A DNA stretch of 51,821 nucleotides from a virus (IMGVR_UViG_3300017754_001798:1-51821); one strand, 5' to 3'; positions 19,881-29,489 are shown, counted from the stretch's first letter. Notes: generated by a model not told the origin, from the sequence alone. Made by a program: numbers and translations.

Positions 19881-21434
19881 CTATTCGTTAATTTCGTTCT
19901 TGTAGAGATCAATAATTTTTGAGTGAAAGCCAAGCTTATCTTGCAGTGCCGCGTAGAGTTTTGTTTCAACGGGACTGCCTTCAATATGTACTACAGTAAC
20001 AGGGTTCTTTTGCCCTTGTCTATGGACTCGTGCATTTGCTTGCAGGTAATACTCAATGGAGGTTATTGGAGCGTACCAGATGACAACATTCGCAGCAGTC
20101 AAAGTAACGCCATGTGCAGCGGCTTGTGGTTGAATGAGTAATACTTTTGGATCTGTTTCTTCTTGAAACTTTTTAAATATCTCGGTGCGTTTAGTTACCG
20201 GTACTTCGCCGTTAATCACTTCGCAAGTTATTTTTTGTTTCGTTAGAAAATCTTTAATTATTCCAATAGTATGTGTGAAGGGTACAAAGACAAGCACCTT
20301 CGCTGTTGCCTCCTCAATAACCTCTTGTATTGCGTTTAGTCGGTCTGAGACATCAAACTCTACTACGCTACCAGTGTCGGTATAGACCGCGCCACCAGAT
20401 ATCTGTAGCAGCTTAGTAAAATTGGCGGCTGCATTCACAGCAGAAACATCCTCACCTGCCGCGCTAATCAGCATGTCTTTCTTAAGTTGTTTGTAGTACC
20501 TAACCTGTTGTGGCGACATAGGTACGTAACGGGATACGTGCGTAACATCAGGAAGATCAAGACATTCGGCCTTGGTGTACCGTATCGCTGGCTGCAATAA
20601 CCTATGCACTGTTTGCTCCGCGCTATTCTTTGGCACCCAAATAAATCTGGTTAGCTGCGTCATTACGCTATCGCGGAACGCGTTAAACAATAAAGGGGCA
20701 CGTTCAGGTACACACATTTTTGCCAACCCAAAAGCATCTAGTGGGGACTGTGCAGCGGGAGTGCCAGTCATCATCCACATCCATGTCTTGGGAGATGCTA
20801 TCTCTTTTAGCGCCTTAAATCTTTTTGTACGGTGATTCTTGTACGCATTGGCTTCATCGACAATAACTAGATCAAAGCCACCGTTTTTAATTTCATCCTT
20901 CACAATATCGAGACCATCAAAGTTAATGATGACGTACTCGGCACCGCTGTTGATGATTGCCTTTCTCTTAGAACGGTCACCATAGGCAACGTCCACACTA
21001 CGATGGACTGCGAACTTGAACAAGTCAGCCTGCCATGCGGACTGCATGATGGAGAGAGGGCAAATAATAAGGACACGGTTTACCACACCCTGTGTAAGCA
21101 AGTAGTCAGATGCCCAGATAGCGGATGCGGTCTTGCCTGTCCCCTGCTCGTTGAAGCAGAAGGCTCTCTGGTTGACCGTCAAGAAAGACGCTGTATCTTT
21201 CTGATGCGCCATCGGGGCAAACAGCCCCGGCCAGTTGTAGTCGCGTAGGATTGGGGAAGGCACTTTCTGTATACCTACCCTGCTCAATGTACGCGCTTCT
21301 TCTAGCCCCCAGAAGACTACGACTTTGCTGACTTCTCCTTGATGCGCTACCACCTTACTTTTCTTAACCGTTTCGGTTATCCGACTCGGCCATTTGGTAT
21401 GCACTACCAGTAGCTTGTTATCGACTATTTGCAT
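19881..21434 (-). CDS. SNF2-family (SF2) helicase
   Basis: EQGTGKT, VIVDEA, MTGTP, HGVTLTAA and QANARVHRQGQ helicase motifs. Confidence 0.9.
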   Translation of the reverse strand: MQIVDNKLLVVHTKWPSRITETVKKSKVVAHQGEVSKVVVFWGLEEARTLSRVGIQKVPSPILRDYNWPGLFAPMAHQKDTASFLTVNQRAFCFNEQGTGKTASAIWASDYLLTQGVVNRVLIICPLSIMQSAWQADLFKFAVHRSVDVAYGDRSKRKAIINSGAEYVIINFDGLDIVKDEIKNGGFDLVIVDEANAYKNHRTKRFKALKEIASPKTWMWMMTGTPAAQSPLDAFGLAKMCVPERAPLLFNAFRDSVMTQLTRFIWVPKNSAEQTVHRLLQPAIRYTKAECLDLPDVTHVSRYVPMSPQQVRYYKQLKKDMLISAAGEDVSAVNAAANFTKLLQISGGAVYTDTGSVVEFDVSDRLNAIQEVIEEATAKVLVFVPFTHTIGIIKDFLTKQKITCEVINGEVPVTKRTEIFKKFQEETDPKVLLIQPQAAAHGVTLTAANVVIWYAPITSIEYYLQANARVHRQGQKNPVTVVHIEGSPVETKLYAALQDKLGFHSKIIDLYKNEINE

Positions 21435-21700
21435 TATTTTGGTTCGTGGTTTGACTTGCGTGGATATGAACGGTTATCACTCGCGGTTTTGACGCGCAGG
21501 TTGCTCTTGGTAGTCTTACCACCTTTGGACAAAGGCACTTTATGGTCAACGTCTTTACCGTCGCCTTTATGCACCTTGCCAGCTTCCATCATGATGCGTC
21601 GTGCTTTGTTACGCTCGGCCCGTTTTTTCTTTACTTTCTCCGTACCATCATATGTCTCATACTCATGCTTGTAGGGACGGGGTTTATTTACGTATGGCAT
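21434..21700 (-). CDS. HNH endonuclease
   Basis: DVDHKVPLSKGG...NLRV...NRS motif; start taken at MPYVNK. Confidence 0.8.
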   Translation of the reverse strand: MPYVNKPRPYKHEYETYDGTEKVKKKRAERNKARRIMMEAGKVHKGDGKDVDHKVPLSKGGKTTKSNLRVKTASDNRSYPRKSNHEPK

Positions 21701-21860
21701 TATCATTTCCTTTACGAAAGGTAGATAAGTATGGGCTGACAGATGAGCGGTCTTGACACACCTTGCACACCCAACGGTTGATTTTTCCAGACTTCTTCAT
21801 TGCGCCCCCTTCAACGGGACGGGTTACCTGACAAGCAGTGCAAAACTTAGTGTCCATCAT
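21684..21860 (-). CDS. Small zinc-ribbon protein (not in ORF track)
   Basis: Manual translation MMDTKFCTACQVTRPVEGG...RWVCKVCQDRSS...IRK*, 58 aa, two CxxC pairs, ATGA overlap with the upstream stop. Confidence 0.65.
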   Translation of the reverse strand: MMDTKFCTACQVTRPVEGGAMKKSGKINRWVCKVCQDRSSVSPYLSTFRKGNDNAIRK

Positions 21861-22063
21861 TCTCCCTTTTTGCCTTTAATAAGGTCTATCATTTCGGCAT
21901 AAGCAGCCTTGCTTTGCTCATGTGTTCTTGCCATCACCATTTCACGCGCCACTTCAAAAACCCTACCAAGTTCACGTAGGGTTTTCGCTGCTTCTAAATC
22001 AATTTCTGTACGGGGCATTTCTTCCAAAGCGTTAGCCAGCCTTTCTATGTTGCGTGAACTCAT
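21857..22063 (-). CDS. Hypothetical protein
   Basis: 68 aa helical ORF in the operon. Confidence 0.55.
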   Translation of the reverse strand: MSSRNIERLANALEEMPRTEIDLEAAKTLRELGRVFEVAREMVMARTHEQSKAAYAEMIDLIKGKKGE

Positions 22064-23234
22064 ACTCTTCTTTCCCTTGGTTTTCTTCGCGGTTAATCAG
22101 TATGTCAACTACCTTTGTCATTCCAACCAACTGTACGTCTTTGTCTTGTAGTTCAGTTTCTTCCTCGGGGGCTACGTCAAACATTACTGTACTGACTTGA
22201 GAAAACTTAGGTGCGGTGACCACACAATCATATCCGTTCCATGTAAATTTGTTAAGCCCACGCAAATGTTCTTTAATGATAACTTTCTTACCTTTTATAA
22301 TCCGTTCGTGTTCGCTTACAAAGTGGACTATCTTTTTACGCTTTCCGTTTGCTGTTTGAATAGTCAAGTCTCTGTCGGCAAAGTATCGTTTTGTATCCAT
22401 ACGGTCTAAGGAAAACACCAACCTTCTCTTGCCTTGCTTGACGGATACGTTCCAACTTTCGTCTTTACGCTGCGTCCACCAATCAAACACGTTTTTAAAT
22501 ATCACTTTGTAGTGGTGTATAACTTTTATTAAATCTTTATTTTCTGCTTCATGCGGGTACATCATTGCGGGGTTGCCATTCCATTTTTTGTTGTACCTTG
22601 TACGGTCTTTTTCGTGGCGCGGTCTATTACCTATATCTACTATTTCTTGCCGATGTTCTCGGCATACAGATACTTTGCCAGTTTTTTTATCAACAACAAC
22701 ATACATAACAAGCCACATAAGCCTGCCATCTAGCTTTACAACTTCACCAAACTTGTACGGATGCCCCGGTAGTGGCTCTACCCCTAACGGCAATTTAGTC
22801 AGCTTCAAGGCAAAAAATACTTGAGGGGCGATACTTTCTTCGGTGTCTTCGTGAGGGAACGCCACAGCCATCATTGCTGGCAACCTGTCGAGACTCTCTA
22901 CTTCTACAGCTTCGCCGTCTTCTATCATCGTCATCTCCCACGGATGTGGGACATAGATGCCTAGTCTTGCAAAGCCTATTCTCTCATCAGCAGGTATCCA
23001 AGAAAGCCTTGTTGGAAGTTCTATAACCTCAAACATATGTTTTAAATTACTTAGTAGTGAGGCAAAAGATTCTGAGAATGATGTAGCTTTACCGTCAACT
23101 TTAGATACATGGTAAGGAGTGCGTTTTTTCCGTTCCTTCTTCACTACAATCGGCGGGGCAACCGCTTCAACAGGTTCATACTTTGGGCCAAACAAATTTG
23201 TTATGTACGATATAAATCGTTTGATGAAATACAT
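22032..23234 (-). CDS. Hypothetical protein (~400 aa)
   Basis: Long ORF; AGGAGA RBS before ATG at 23234; C-terminal HFVSEHER...KEHLRG motif. Confidence 0.7.
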   Translation of the reverse strand: MYFIKRFISYITNLFGPKYEPVEAVAPPIVVKKERKKRTPYHVSKVDGKATSFSESFASLLSNLKHMFEVIELPTRLSWIPADERIGFARLGIYVPHPWEMTMIEDGEAVEVESLDRLPAMMAVAFPHEDTEESIAPQVFFALKLTKLPLGVEPLPGHPYKFGEVVKLDGRLMWLVMYVVVDKKTGKVSVCREHRQEIVDIGNRPRHEKDRTRYNKKWNGNPAMMYPHEAENKDLIKVIHHYKVIFKNVFDWWTQRKDESWNVSVKQGKRRLVFSLDRMDTKRYFADRDLTIQTANGKRKKIVHFVSEHERIIKGKKVIIKEHLRGLNKFTWNGYDCVVTAPKFSQVSTVMFDVAPEEETELQDKDVQLVGMTKVVDILINREENQGKEEYEFTQHRKAG

Positions 23235-23248
23235 GACGTTTCTCCTAG

Positions 23249-23431
23249 TCACACTCTAAGCATGAACCCAAAAAATTTGGATAGAAAAGATTCTTTTTCT
23301 TCTTGATACCCAAGCAGAAGACTTTGTACAAATCGTTCTTCTGGTGTGTGAGTATCAGGCTTAAACTGCCGGACATAAAACGCCCCAATCTTAGGGTGTT
23401 CCTCCGGTATAAATTTACCATCGCGTAGCAT
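23249..23431 (-). CDS. Hypothetical protein
   Basis: 60 aa, AGGAGG RBS. Confidence 0.6.
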   Translation of the reverse strand: MLRDGKFIPEEHPKIGAFYVRQFKPDTHTPEERFVQSLLLGYQEEKESFLSKFFGFMLRV

Positions 23432-23440
23432 ATTTGCCTC

Positions 23441-24109
23441 CTAGTATTGACTCCTACCGTTATGTTCACAGTCTTTGACTGCACAAAAATTGCGGCATGT
23501 GAAGTTAGGTTTAGGATTCCAAACATCGTGTTGCATCGCCGCCTCCAACTGCTGCACATCGTTAATCCATTTAACCCATGCAGTCGATTGGATCTCGCTT
23601 TGATATTCTCTTGGCACTAAATCTTCTACAACCAAAAACAACAGCCCCGCCTTAATAGTTTTTACCTCTGGGAAATGCTTGAACGTTAGCAGTGCCAACA
23701 ACTCCAACTGTTTCGTATCGGCGTACTGACTGCTCTTGCTCGTTTTGTAATCAATGATCCTCGCCTTGTCCCCATTAATTACTAGCAAATCGACAATACC
23801 TCTTGCCCAGACTTCCGGATCGTTAAAGCTACACGGAGTGAAATCTTTTTTCAACCCCATTTCATGTTCGCAATACTTCGTACCCTTCAATGCCTTCATC
23901 GCATCTAATTGCTTCTGGAACTGGCTGAACTTCGGTGGAATCGGCGTACCGTCACGGATGTATTCTTCGGCAGCTTTATGCACTGCACTGCCGTAGATAA
24001 GATGATTCTGTGGCGGCTCAACAATATCCTTTACGATACGCAGCCGGTGGTACTTACGAGGACACTGCGTAAATAGGGAGATGCTTGAGTACGACCATGT
24101 GTATTTCAT
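23441..24109 (-). CDS. PD-(D/E)XK exonuclease (RecB/Cas4-like)
   Basis: WSYSS..CPR, GSAVH, RGIVDLL, IIDYKT and C-terminal CRNFC...C; start at MKYTW. Confidence 0.85.
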   Translation of the reverse strand: MKYTWSYSSISLFTQCPRKYHRLRIVKDIVEPPQNHLIYGSAVHKAAEEYIRDGTPIPPKFSQFQKQLDAMKALKGTKYCEHEMGLKKDFTPCSFNDPEVWARGIVDLLVINGDKARIIDYKTSKSSQYADTKQLELLALLTFKHFPEVKTIKAGLLFLVVEDLVPREYQSEIQSTAWVKWINDVQQLEAAMQHDVWNPKPNFTCRNFCAVKDCEHNGRSQY

Positions 24110-24288
24110 TTCTCTTCCCTTACTTTCATCATCGCGTCTGCGATCATGTAGCACTCTTTTGCACATGCCATTAGGCTATCTACATCTCCATGCCACCCAA
24201 TTTGATTCATCGCTTGTGCTGCAAAGTAGTCGCGCAAGTCCATACCTTGGTTGAGTTGATGAAAATCTAAATTTGGAAACGCTTTCAT
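24106..24288 (-). CDS. Small phage protein (GMxLRDYFAA motif)
   Basis: GMDLRDYFAAQAM...CYMIADAMMKVR motif common in proteobacterial phages. Confidence 0.7.
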   Translation of the reverse strand: MKAFPNLDFHQLNQGMDLRDYFAAQAMNQIGWHGDVDSLMACAKECYMIADAMMKVREEK

Positions 24289-24290
24289 GT

Positions 24291-24476
24291 TCAACTCCCT
24301 ACTCGTTGGTCTGGTGGTAACGTCAGTTGGTAATCGTCCCATGATTCTTCTAACAGCATCGCTGCTTTCATTAGCATATGGATTAACGCTTCATGCCTAT
24401 CCTCGTCCAACCCTTCAGCGTAACCGCGCAATCTGTATGCCATCGTGTAGTACTGTAATTTTCTCGCGTCGATCAT
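24291..24476 (-). CDS. Hypothetical protein
   Basis: 61 aa, tightly packed in the operon. Confidence 0.55.
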   Translation of the reverse strand: MIDARKLQYYTMAYRLRGYAEGLDEDRHEALIHMLMKAAMLLEESWDDYQLTLPPDQRVGS

Positions 24477-24479
24477 CTC

Positions 24480-24701
24480 TTATCCTATCAAGTCCAAGTA
24501 CGTCCCGTTCTTGTAAACAAACCGCACCCCAATAAGATCTTCTTTCTCATCGTAGTAGCAGCAAATCATATGGTTATCAACCCACGGGGCGTTGCAGCGT
24601 AGTGAGTCCGACTTCTTTTCCGGCATTGGATAGCTCACTGTGTACTTAACTCGCGGGTTATGCGGCTCTCTCTGGTAGTCGTATAGTTTTATATCAGGCA
24701 C
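24480..24701 (-). CDS. Hypothetical protein
   Basis: 73 aa, GTG start with GGAG RBS. Confidence 0.55.
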   Translation of the reverse strand: MPDIKLYDYQREPHNPRVKYTVSYPMPEKKSDSLRCNAPWVDNHMICCYYDEKEDLIGVRFVYKNGTYLDLIG

Positions 24702-24713
24702 TGTTCTTCTCCT

Positions 24714-24896
24714 TCATAATTTATGCCCCCTTATCTGTCTGCACCGCGCCCTGTCTTCTGCGCTAAAGTCAGGGCTGATCTCTGCCACGCCGCATGGTAT
24801 CTGCGGTTTCATTGAAAAAACCTTTGCTCCGTAATACAAACTGAACATAGCTATCGCTATGTAGAACGCAACGGCTATGATTTCAGGAGGCTTCAT
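24714..24896 (-). CDS. Small membrane-anchored protein
   Basis: Hydrophobic N-terminus IIAVAFYIAIAMFSLYYG then CGVAEISPDF...C. Confidence 0.6.
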   Translation of the reverse strand: MKPPEIIAVAFYIAIAMFSLYYGAKVFSMKPQIPCGVAEISPDFSAEDRARCRQIRGHKL

Positions 24897-24898
24897 CT

Positions 24899-26755
24899 CT
24901 ACCCTTTCCATTTCTTAGCACCGCCGTAGCTATCGCCCATCTTCACTTCGCAGTTCAACGGCAGCGTCTCTGCCCACTTCGGCCTCCAACGCATACACTC
25001 CTGCACATACCTTGCTGCTTCTTCCGCTTCTGCTATAGGTGCAATACAAGCCACAGCATCATGAACGGTAAGCACCACCTTGTACCGTTGCGCGATCTTC
25101 AACATCTGTTCACCAATCACGCACCGCGCAAGTCCTTGGCAAATGTTCTCTACGACCTTACCACCATAGATTCGATTCGGCCCTTTGCGCGTGTCGTACA
25201 CAATCTCTGGAACACCACGCATAGGGGTAGGTGCCCCACTAAACCTAATCCCCGGATATTTTTGCGGTATGCCACTTGGCATATCAAACCCAACCCCCGG
25301 CATAAAATACGTTGCTTGTGGTTGGACACCAAACGGTGCAGCTTTGATCTCCCCTTGTGCTAATGTAGCAATACACTCACTAGCCGCGCCCCACAACATG
25401 GGGATGTGACCAAATTGGGTGCGGTATGTATTTAAAATCTTCTTACAAAACTCCAAAGTCAGTTCCACACCAAATGACTTTAGCTGCATCTGAAACTTCA
25501 GCGCTCCCATGCCGTACCCTGCACCAAGGATTGTGGTCTTACCAACGAAACGTTCTTCCTCAGTAACGTCGTCTGGCTTCTTGTGATAGATACTCCCCGC
25601 CATCATTTTGTAAACATCCCTACCCTCTTTAAAGGCTATGACCAAATCCTTTTGTCCTGATAGCCAAGCGACAATCCTCGCTTCGATCTGTGCGGAGTCG
25701 GCGTCAATCAGCACATACCCCGGCGGGGGACAAATCGCAGTCTTCAGTGTGTTCTTGTCTTTGCCACGGCTCGGCAGGTTCTGCAAGTTCAGCTTATCGT
25801 CTCCACCCCAACGACCTGTGTGCGCTGCGTAGTAGCGTAGTGGGACGGGCATCTTGCCGCGCTTCGCAATATCAATAAACCGCTGCGTCCTTGTCTCTTC
25901 CAGTGTGCTTTTCGTCCCCAACCGCGCAGCTACCAACGCTTGTACCCGCTCATCCGGATACTCGGCCAAAGCTTTGAACCCCTCATCGCTCTTAGCCAAC
26001 GCCAACGTAGGCTTGCCCGTGGCTGGGCTAGTTTTCATAGGGGGTTCTACCCCAAGTTCCCTCAGCCGGTCAGCAAACTTCGGGTTGGACAATAGCGTAT
26101 CCCTATCGGAACTAGCCTCAGCGATTAATTTTTCCTTACGCTCCACCACCCCAATAAGATGCTGTTCTAGCAACGGTAGGTTTAACTCCAACGCCGGATC
26201 AGTAAACATACTCAGGGTCAAATCAATCAGCTTCAGTTCTTTCTTATTGAATCCTTCCTTCAAGATATCGAACAGCTTGTAGGTAATCTCGACATCGTTG
26301 ATACAGTAGTTTCCATACTGTGCTAACTGCGCAGGAGAAAAGTCCTTCCGGTGCATACCCTTTGCCGCAATTACTTCAGTGCCTTTAGTGCCTAGGGCGT
26401 AACGATCTGCGAGTTTTGCCAAACTGTTTCCAACTTCCACACCGTCCAAGGCTCTAGCCATCGACAGCGTATCCAACCAACCCATCGGCTTGATCTTAAA
26501 ACGCCACGACATAATTGCGCCATCGAACAGGGTGTTGTGTGCGAGAACAAGGGATTCCCCCCAATGAAACCCATAAAGAAAAGTCTGGGTCTCTTCAAAG
26601 TCACCGCTAAACCAAACGGTATCCTCATCGTTTACTTTCACTGCTACGCCGATAACCTCAAAGCGATCATCACGCACGTATTCTTCAGTCGTCAGCTTGG
26701 ACAAGCTATACTCTTGATCGTAGTACGTCTCGAAGTCCAAAGTAATTATGTTCAA
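24899..26755 (-). CDS. polA: DNA polymerase family A with 3'-5' exonuclease
   Basis: Exo I LDFETY, Exo II AHNTLFD, Exo III YCINDV; motif A DSAQIEAR, motif B RFVGKTTILGAGYG, motif C TVHDA. Confidence 0.95.
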   Translation of the reverse strand: MNIITLDFETYYDQEYSLSKLTTEEYVRDDRFEVIGVAVKVNDEDTVWFSGDFEETQTFLYGFHWGESLVLAHNTLFDGAIMSWRFKIKPMGWLDTLSMARALDGVEVGNSLAKLADRYALGTKGTEVIAAKGMHRKDFSPAQLAQYGNYCINDVEITYKLFDILKEGFNKKELKLIDLTLSMFTDPALELNLPLLEQHLIGVVERKEKLIAEASSDRDTLLSNPKFADRLRELGVEPPMKTSPATGKPTLALAKSDEGFKALAEYPDERVQALVAARLGTKSTLEETRTQRFIDIAKRGKMPVPLRYYAAHTGRWGGDDKLNLQNLPSRGKDKNTLKTAICPPPGYVLIDADSAQIEARIVAWLSGQKDLVIAFKEGRDVYKMMAGSIYHKKPDDVTEEERFVGKTTILGAGYGMGALKFQMQLKSFGVELTLEFCKKILNTYRTQFGHIPMLWGAASECIATLAQGEIKAAPFGVQPQATYFMPGVGFDMPSGIPQKYPGIRFSGAPTPMRGVPEIVYDTRKGPNRIYGGKVVENICQGLARCVIGEQMLKIAQRYKVVLTVHDAVACIAPIAEAEEAARYVQECMRWRPKWAETLPLNCEVKMGDSYGGAKKWKG

Positions 26756-27210
26756 AGCAAACCTTTCTGGCGCATAACTTCTGCTGTTTGTATTGGGGTT
26801 TTATATGCTTTATGAATATCCTTCTCCATCTCATCCGCTAATATCTTTAACGCTTGTTTTGTTACCCCTTCTGGAGTAATCATAGAAGTCGGGTTCGTCA
26901 TACGTTGCGATATTGTCTCGCCGGGTATGTACGACTTTGATCCTCGGTCTTTCCCCTCAAACAAAGTCTCTATAATTGCTATTTTCGTTGAAGCTCTATG
27001 AAGTTTATTCATAGTAGAGGCTAAGGCGACACGCTCTGCAAAAGAAAACCGTCCGTTGTTAACAATATGCAGGTAGCCATGAGAAGCACGAAACTCCCCT
27101 GCGTACGCGTTTAGGGATATTCTCTCGCCGTTTTCTTCGAGCTTATCAATCAACATCTTCACTTCAGTACTACTGAATTTGTACGCGAGCTTTCTAATTA
27201 GTTTTTTCAC
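26752..27210 (-). CDS. Hypothetical protein
   Basis: 152 aa, AGGAG RBS, GTG start, stop overlaps the polA start. Confidence 0.65.
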   Translation of the reverse strand: MKKLIRKLAYKFSSTEVKMLIDKLEENGERISLNAYAGEFRASHGYLHIVNNGRFSFAERVALASTMNKLHRASTKIAIIETLFEGKDRGSKSYIPGETISQRMTNPTSMITPEGVTKQALKILADEMEKDIHKAYKTPIQTAEVMRQKGLL

Positions 27211-27241
27211 AGCTTCTCCTAGAGAACGGTCATGGGATCAG

Positions 27242-27535
27242 TCATCGCGGCAGAGTGTCCAGCCACACTATCAATTCGTCCAGATTGGTTTCATTGATAA
27301 CGAAGGCTCCCCCGCCAGCATCTCGTATTTGTTTTAGTTCTCGCTCTTGTAGCGCAGTGGGTTTGTTATTACCCGCTTTGGTTTCTACCGCAAAGAAGTG
27401 TCCTCGGTAGCAGCCTACGATATCAGGGACACCGCTACGTCCATACCCACCTGTAGCAGGCATGAAGTGATAAATACCACGCCGCAATAACTCAGCGCGA
27501 ACTTTGGTTTTGACTTTACCTTCAGGGGTAGACAT
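27242..27535 (-). CDS. VRR-NUC / Holliday-junction resolvase-like nuclease
   Basis: TPEGKVK, SGVPDIVGC, FAVETKA, PTALQ motifs; start at MSTPE. Confidence 0.85.
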   Translation of the reverse strand: MSTPEGKVKTKVRAELLRRGIYHFMPATGGYGRSGVPDIVGCYRGHFFAVETKAGNNKPTALQERELKQIRDAGGGAFVINETNLDELIVWLDTLPR

Positions 27536-27565
27536 TCCACTCTCACTACAGACAGAAGTGGACTC

Positions 27566-27595
27566 AGTATAGAATGGAAGAAGGGGAGGGTGCAA
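27566..27595 (-). promoter_or_regulatory. Putative sigma70 promoter of the replication operon
   Basis: TTGCAC-18 nt-TATACT with an AT-rich upstream tract. Confidence 0.55.
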
Positions 27596-27643
27596 TAGCT
27601 TTTTATATTTATTTTCGCTATCGCGTTGGAGATATTGATAGAT

Positions 27644-27684
27644 AAAAAAAAGGGGACAAACTGACCTGAAGTCAACTTGTCCCC
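27644..27684 (-). terminator. Intrinsic terminator built from a copy of the 27-bp dyad
   Basis: Minus strand GGGGACAAGTTGAC-TTCAG-GTCAGTTTGTCCCC then T8; 14-bp stem with two G-U pairs. Confidence 0.75.
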
Positions 27685-27711
27685 AAAGAACGGAGTTATC
27701 GTTGCTGAACG

Positions 27712-28578
27712 CTAACTGGTAGTAATTATCTCACCACCTGTCAGGTAATACCAATTGGTATTATCAATCGCAAACTTAACGCCGATAGATTCTACCGGTT
27801 GCTTATGCTCTAGCATACGCAGCATAGCCAGCTTGGTCTGATACAACTCAGACATCTCATACGTATCCTTAAACTTCTGTACACGCATTTCATCAGTCAG
27901 CCCACATGCGTCATGTAGTACTACACTTAGCAGCGTACCATCACGCTCCTCCTTGACCACAATGCCGCTGCCATTCTTGTAGTCGGTGTTCACCGACATA
28001 GCAATCCTAGCTGTGTTCATGAACTTATCCAAGTTTGGCTTCGCCACCATCTTAGTTAGCTCCGCACTTAGAGTCGGCACTTCCCCTCTGCCTACCATCA
28101 AAGCAAGTTCCATCAGCGGGATAATACTATCCTCGCCAACACGCTCGGCTTGGCGTACCGCGTTGTAGTGTATCCCACTAATCTCAGAACTCATCTTATG
28201 CCTTATCTTATCGATAACCTCCGCTGCCGTTGATGTGTGCGTAAAAACTCTTACGGACGTTTTCAATGCTTCCTCTGGCAGCTTGGTTACCTTGTCATGC
28301 CGCGAGCCTATACGGTTCCTGATGCGTGGCGAATGTATCGTATACACATCGCACCTACCGTTGTTCCTGAACGATCTGTGTTCCACCTCAATCGTGCCGA
28401 CCTGCTCGTTACCGTTGAACACAATAACCTCACGGATAACTTTGTGTTCTCCTATAAATCCAGCATTAAGAGACTCGAACGTAAGGTTCGGTATCTTGTG
28501 ATACAGCTTGGTCAGCAACTTTTCCAACGGTTCGTACAGCGGGTAGTCGATGTGTTCGACTTTCTTTTTAAGTTTCAT
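27712..28578 (-). CDS. Hypothetical protein
   Basis: ~288 aa from MKLKKK, AAGGGA RBS. Confidence 0.7.
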   Translation of the reverse strand: MKLKKKVEHIDYPLYEPLEKLLTKLYHKIPNLTFESLNAGFIGEHKVIREVIVFNGNEQVGTIEVEHRSFRNNGRCDVYTIHSPRIRNRIGSRHDKVTKLPEEALKTSVRVFTHTSTAAEVIDKIRHKMSSEISGIHYNAVRQAERVGEDSIIPLMELALMVGRGEVPTLSAELTKMVAKPNLDKFMNTARIAMSVNTDYKNGSGIVVKEERDGTLLSVVLHDACGLTDEMRVQKFKDTYEMSELYQTKLAMLRMLEHKQPVESIGVKFAIDNTNWYYLTGGEIITTS

Positions 28579-28588
28579 TCTATTCCCC

Positions 28589-29479
28589 TTACCAATCAAA
28601 TTTAGCCAAGATGCTATCAACCTTGTCCTTCACCTCAGAGCGTACTTCCTCATGCTCTTTCAGGTCATCGGTATCCACAGTGCTGATCGCCTTCTTCAAC
28701 TGGACTCGGGCATCTTCCAGCTTCTGATCGTTGGTTACGTTGAGGCGACCCAACAACTCCACAAGGCTATGCGCATTTGATAACATCGTATCGTGAAACA
28801 CCTTGCGCTTCCCATCCTGACTATCTGTCAGTCTGTCGCTCATGTGCAAGAGACAATCATGCAGTCTGCCCCATATGTCACGCATGGCTCCCTCGATACG
28901 CTGATTGAAATGCTCGGCGTACTGCTGCGCGAGTTCAGCTTTCGCTTGCTCGTTGATGTCGATACGGAAGTCCCCTGCTGTCGGCACTGGGCTAACAGCG
29001 TAGTGAAAGCGGAACTTATGGGCTATCGCTTCTACGTCTGGGTACTCGTCCCTGTCGAACAGATCACCCAACTGGAAGGCCGCAGCAGAGATCAGCGTTG
29101 GATACTGTTGTAGGAAACTTGCTGTGAGTTCCTCAAAGTTAGCCTTATGCTGATCCATCTGTGCTTTGAAGCCGTTGAAGAAATGCTCGGCTGTCACGAT
29201 GCGTTGGCCGTTGTCAGACCACGGCATAGTGTTCAGGTTGTTCCACAGTCGGGCTTGCGCCGCATACTTCAGCACCGCTTCGAGTGCGGGACTACCTGCC
29301 AACAGATGCTTGTGGTAATTACCCGCCTTGACCTTAGTGTTCTTAGCGGAGTCAACTTCGAGGCCCACCTTCTTGTCCAGTTTCCTAGCAGTCCAGCAAG
29401 AGATGCTGAGTTCGATAAGTAACGATGACGATGCGATACCAAACGTTTCGAACGTTGGGGTTTCAGTTATTGCGTTCAT
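28589..29479 (-). CDS. DUF3150-like helical protein
   Basis: LIELSISCWTARKLDK, YPTL..AAFQLGDLFDRDEYP motifs; follows the MoxR/vWA pair; family name is by recollection. Confidence 0.55.
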   Translation of the reverse strand: MNAITETPTFETFGIASSSLLIELSISCWTARKLDKKVGLEVDSAKNTKVKAGNYHKHLLAGSPALEAVLKYAAQARLWNNLNTMPWSDNGQRIVTAEHFFNGFKAQMDQHKANFEELTASFLQQYPTLISAAAFQLGDLFDRDEYPDVEAIAHKFRFHYAVSPVPTAGDFRIDINEQAKAELAQQYAEHFNQRIEGAMRDIWGRLHDCLLHMSDRLTDSQDGKRKVFHDTMLSNAHSLVELLGRLNVTNDQKLEDARVQLKKAISTVDTDDLKEHEEVRSEVKDKVDSILAKFDW

Positions 29480-29489
29480 GTGCTTCTCC

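Noticed and set aside
23441-24109. Cas4-like nuclease as evidence of CRISPR-Cas
   Set aside because: Stand-alone PD-(D/E)XK exonucleases are ordinary in phage replication modules; no array or other cas genes.
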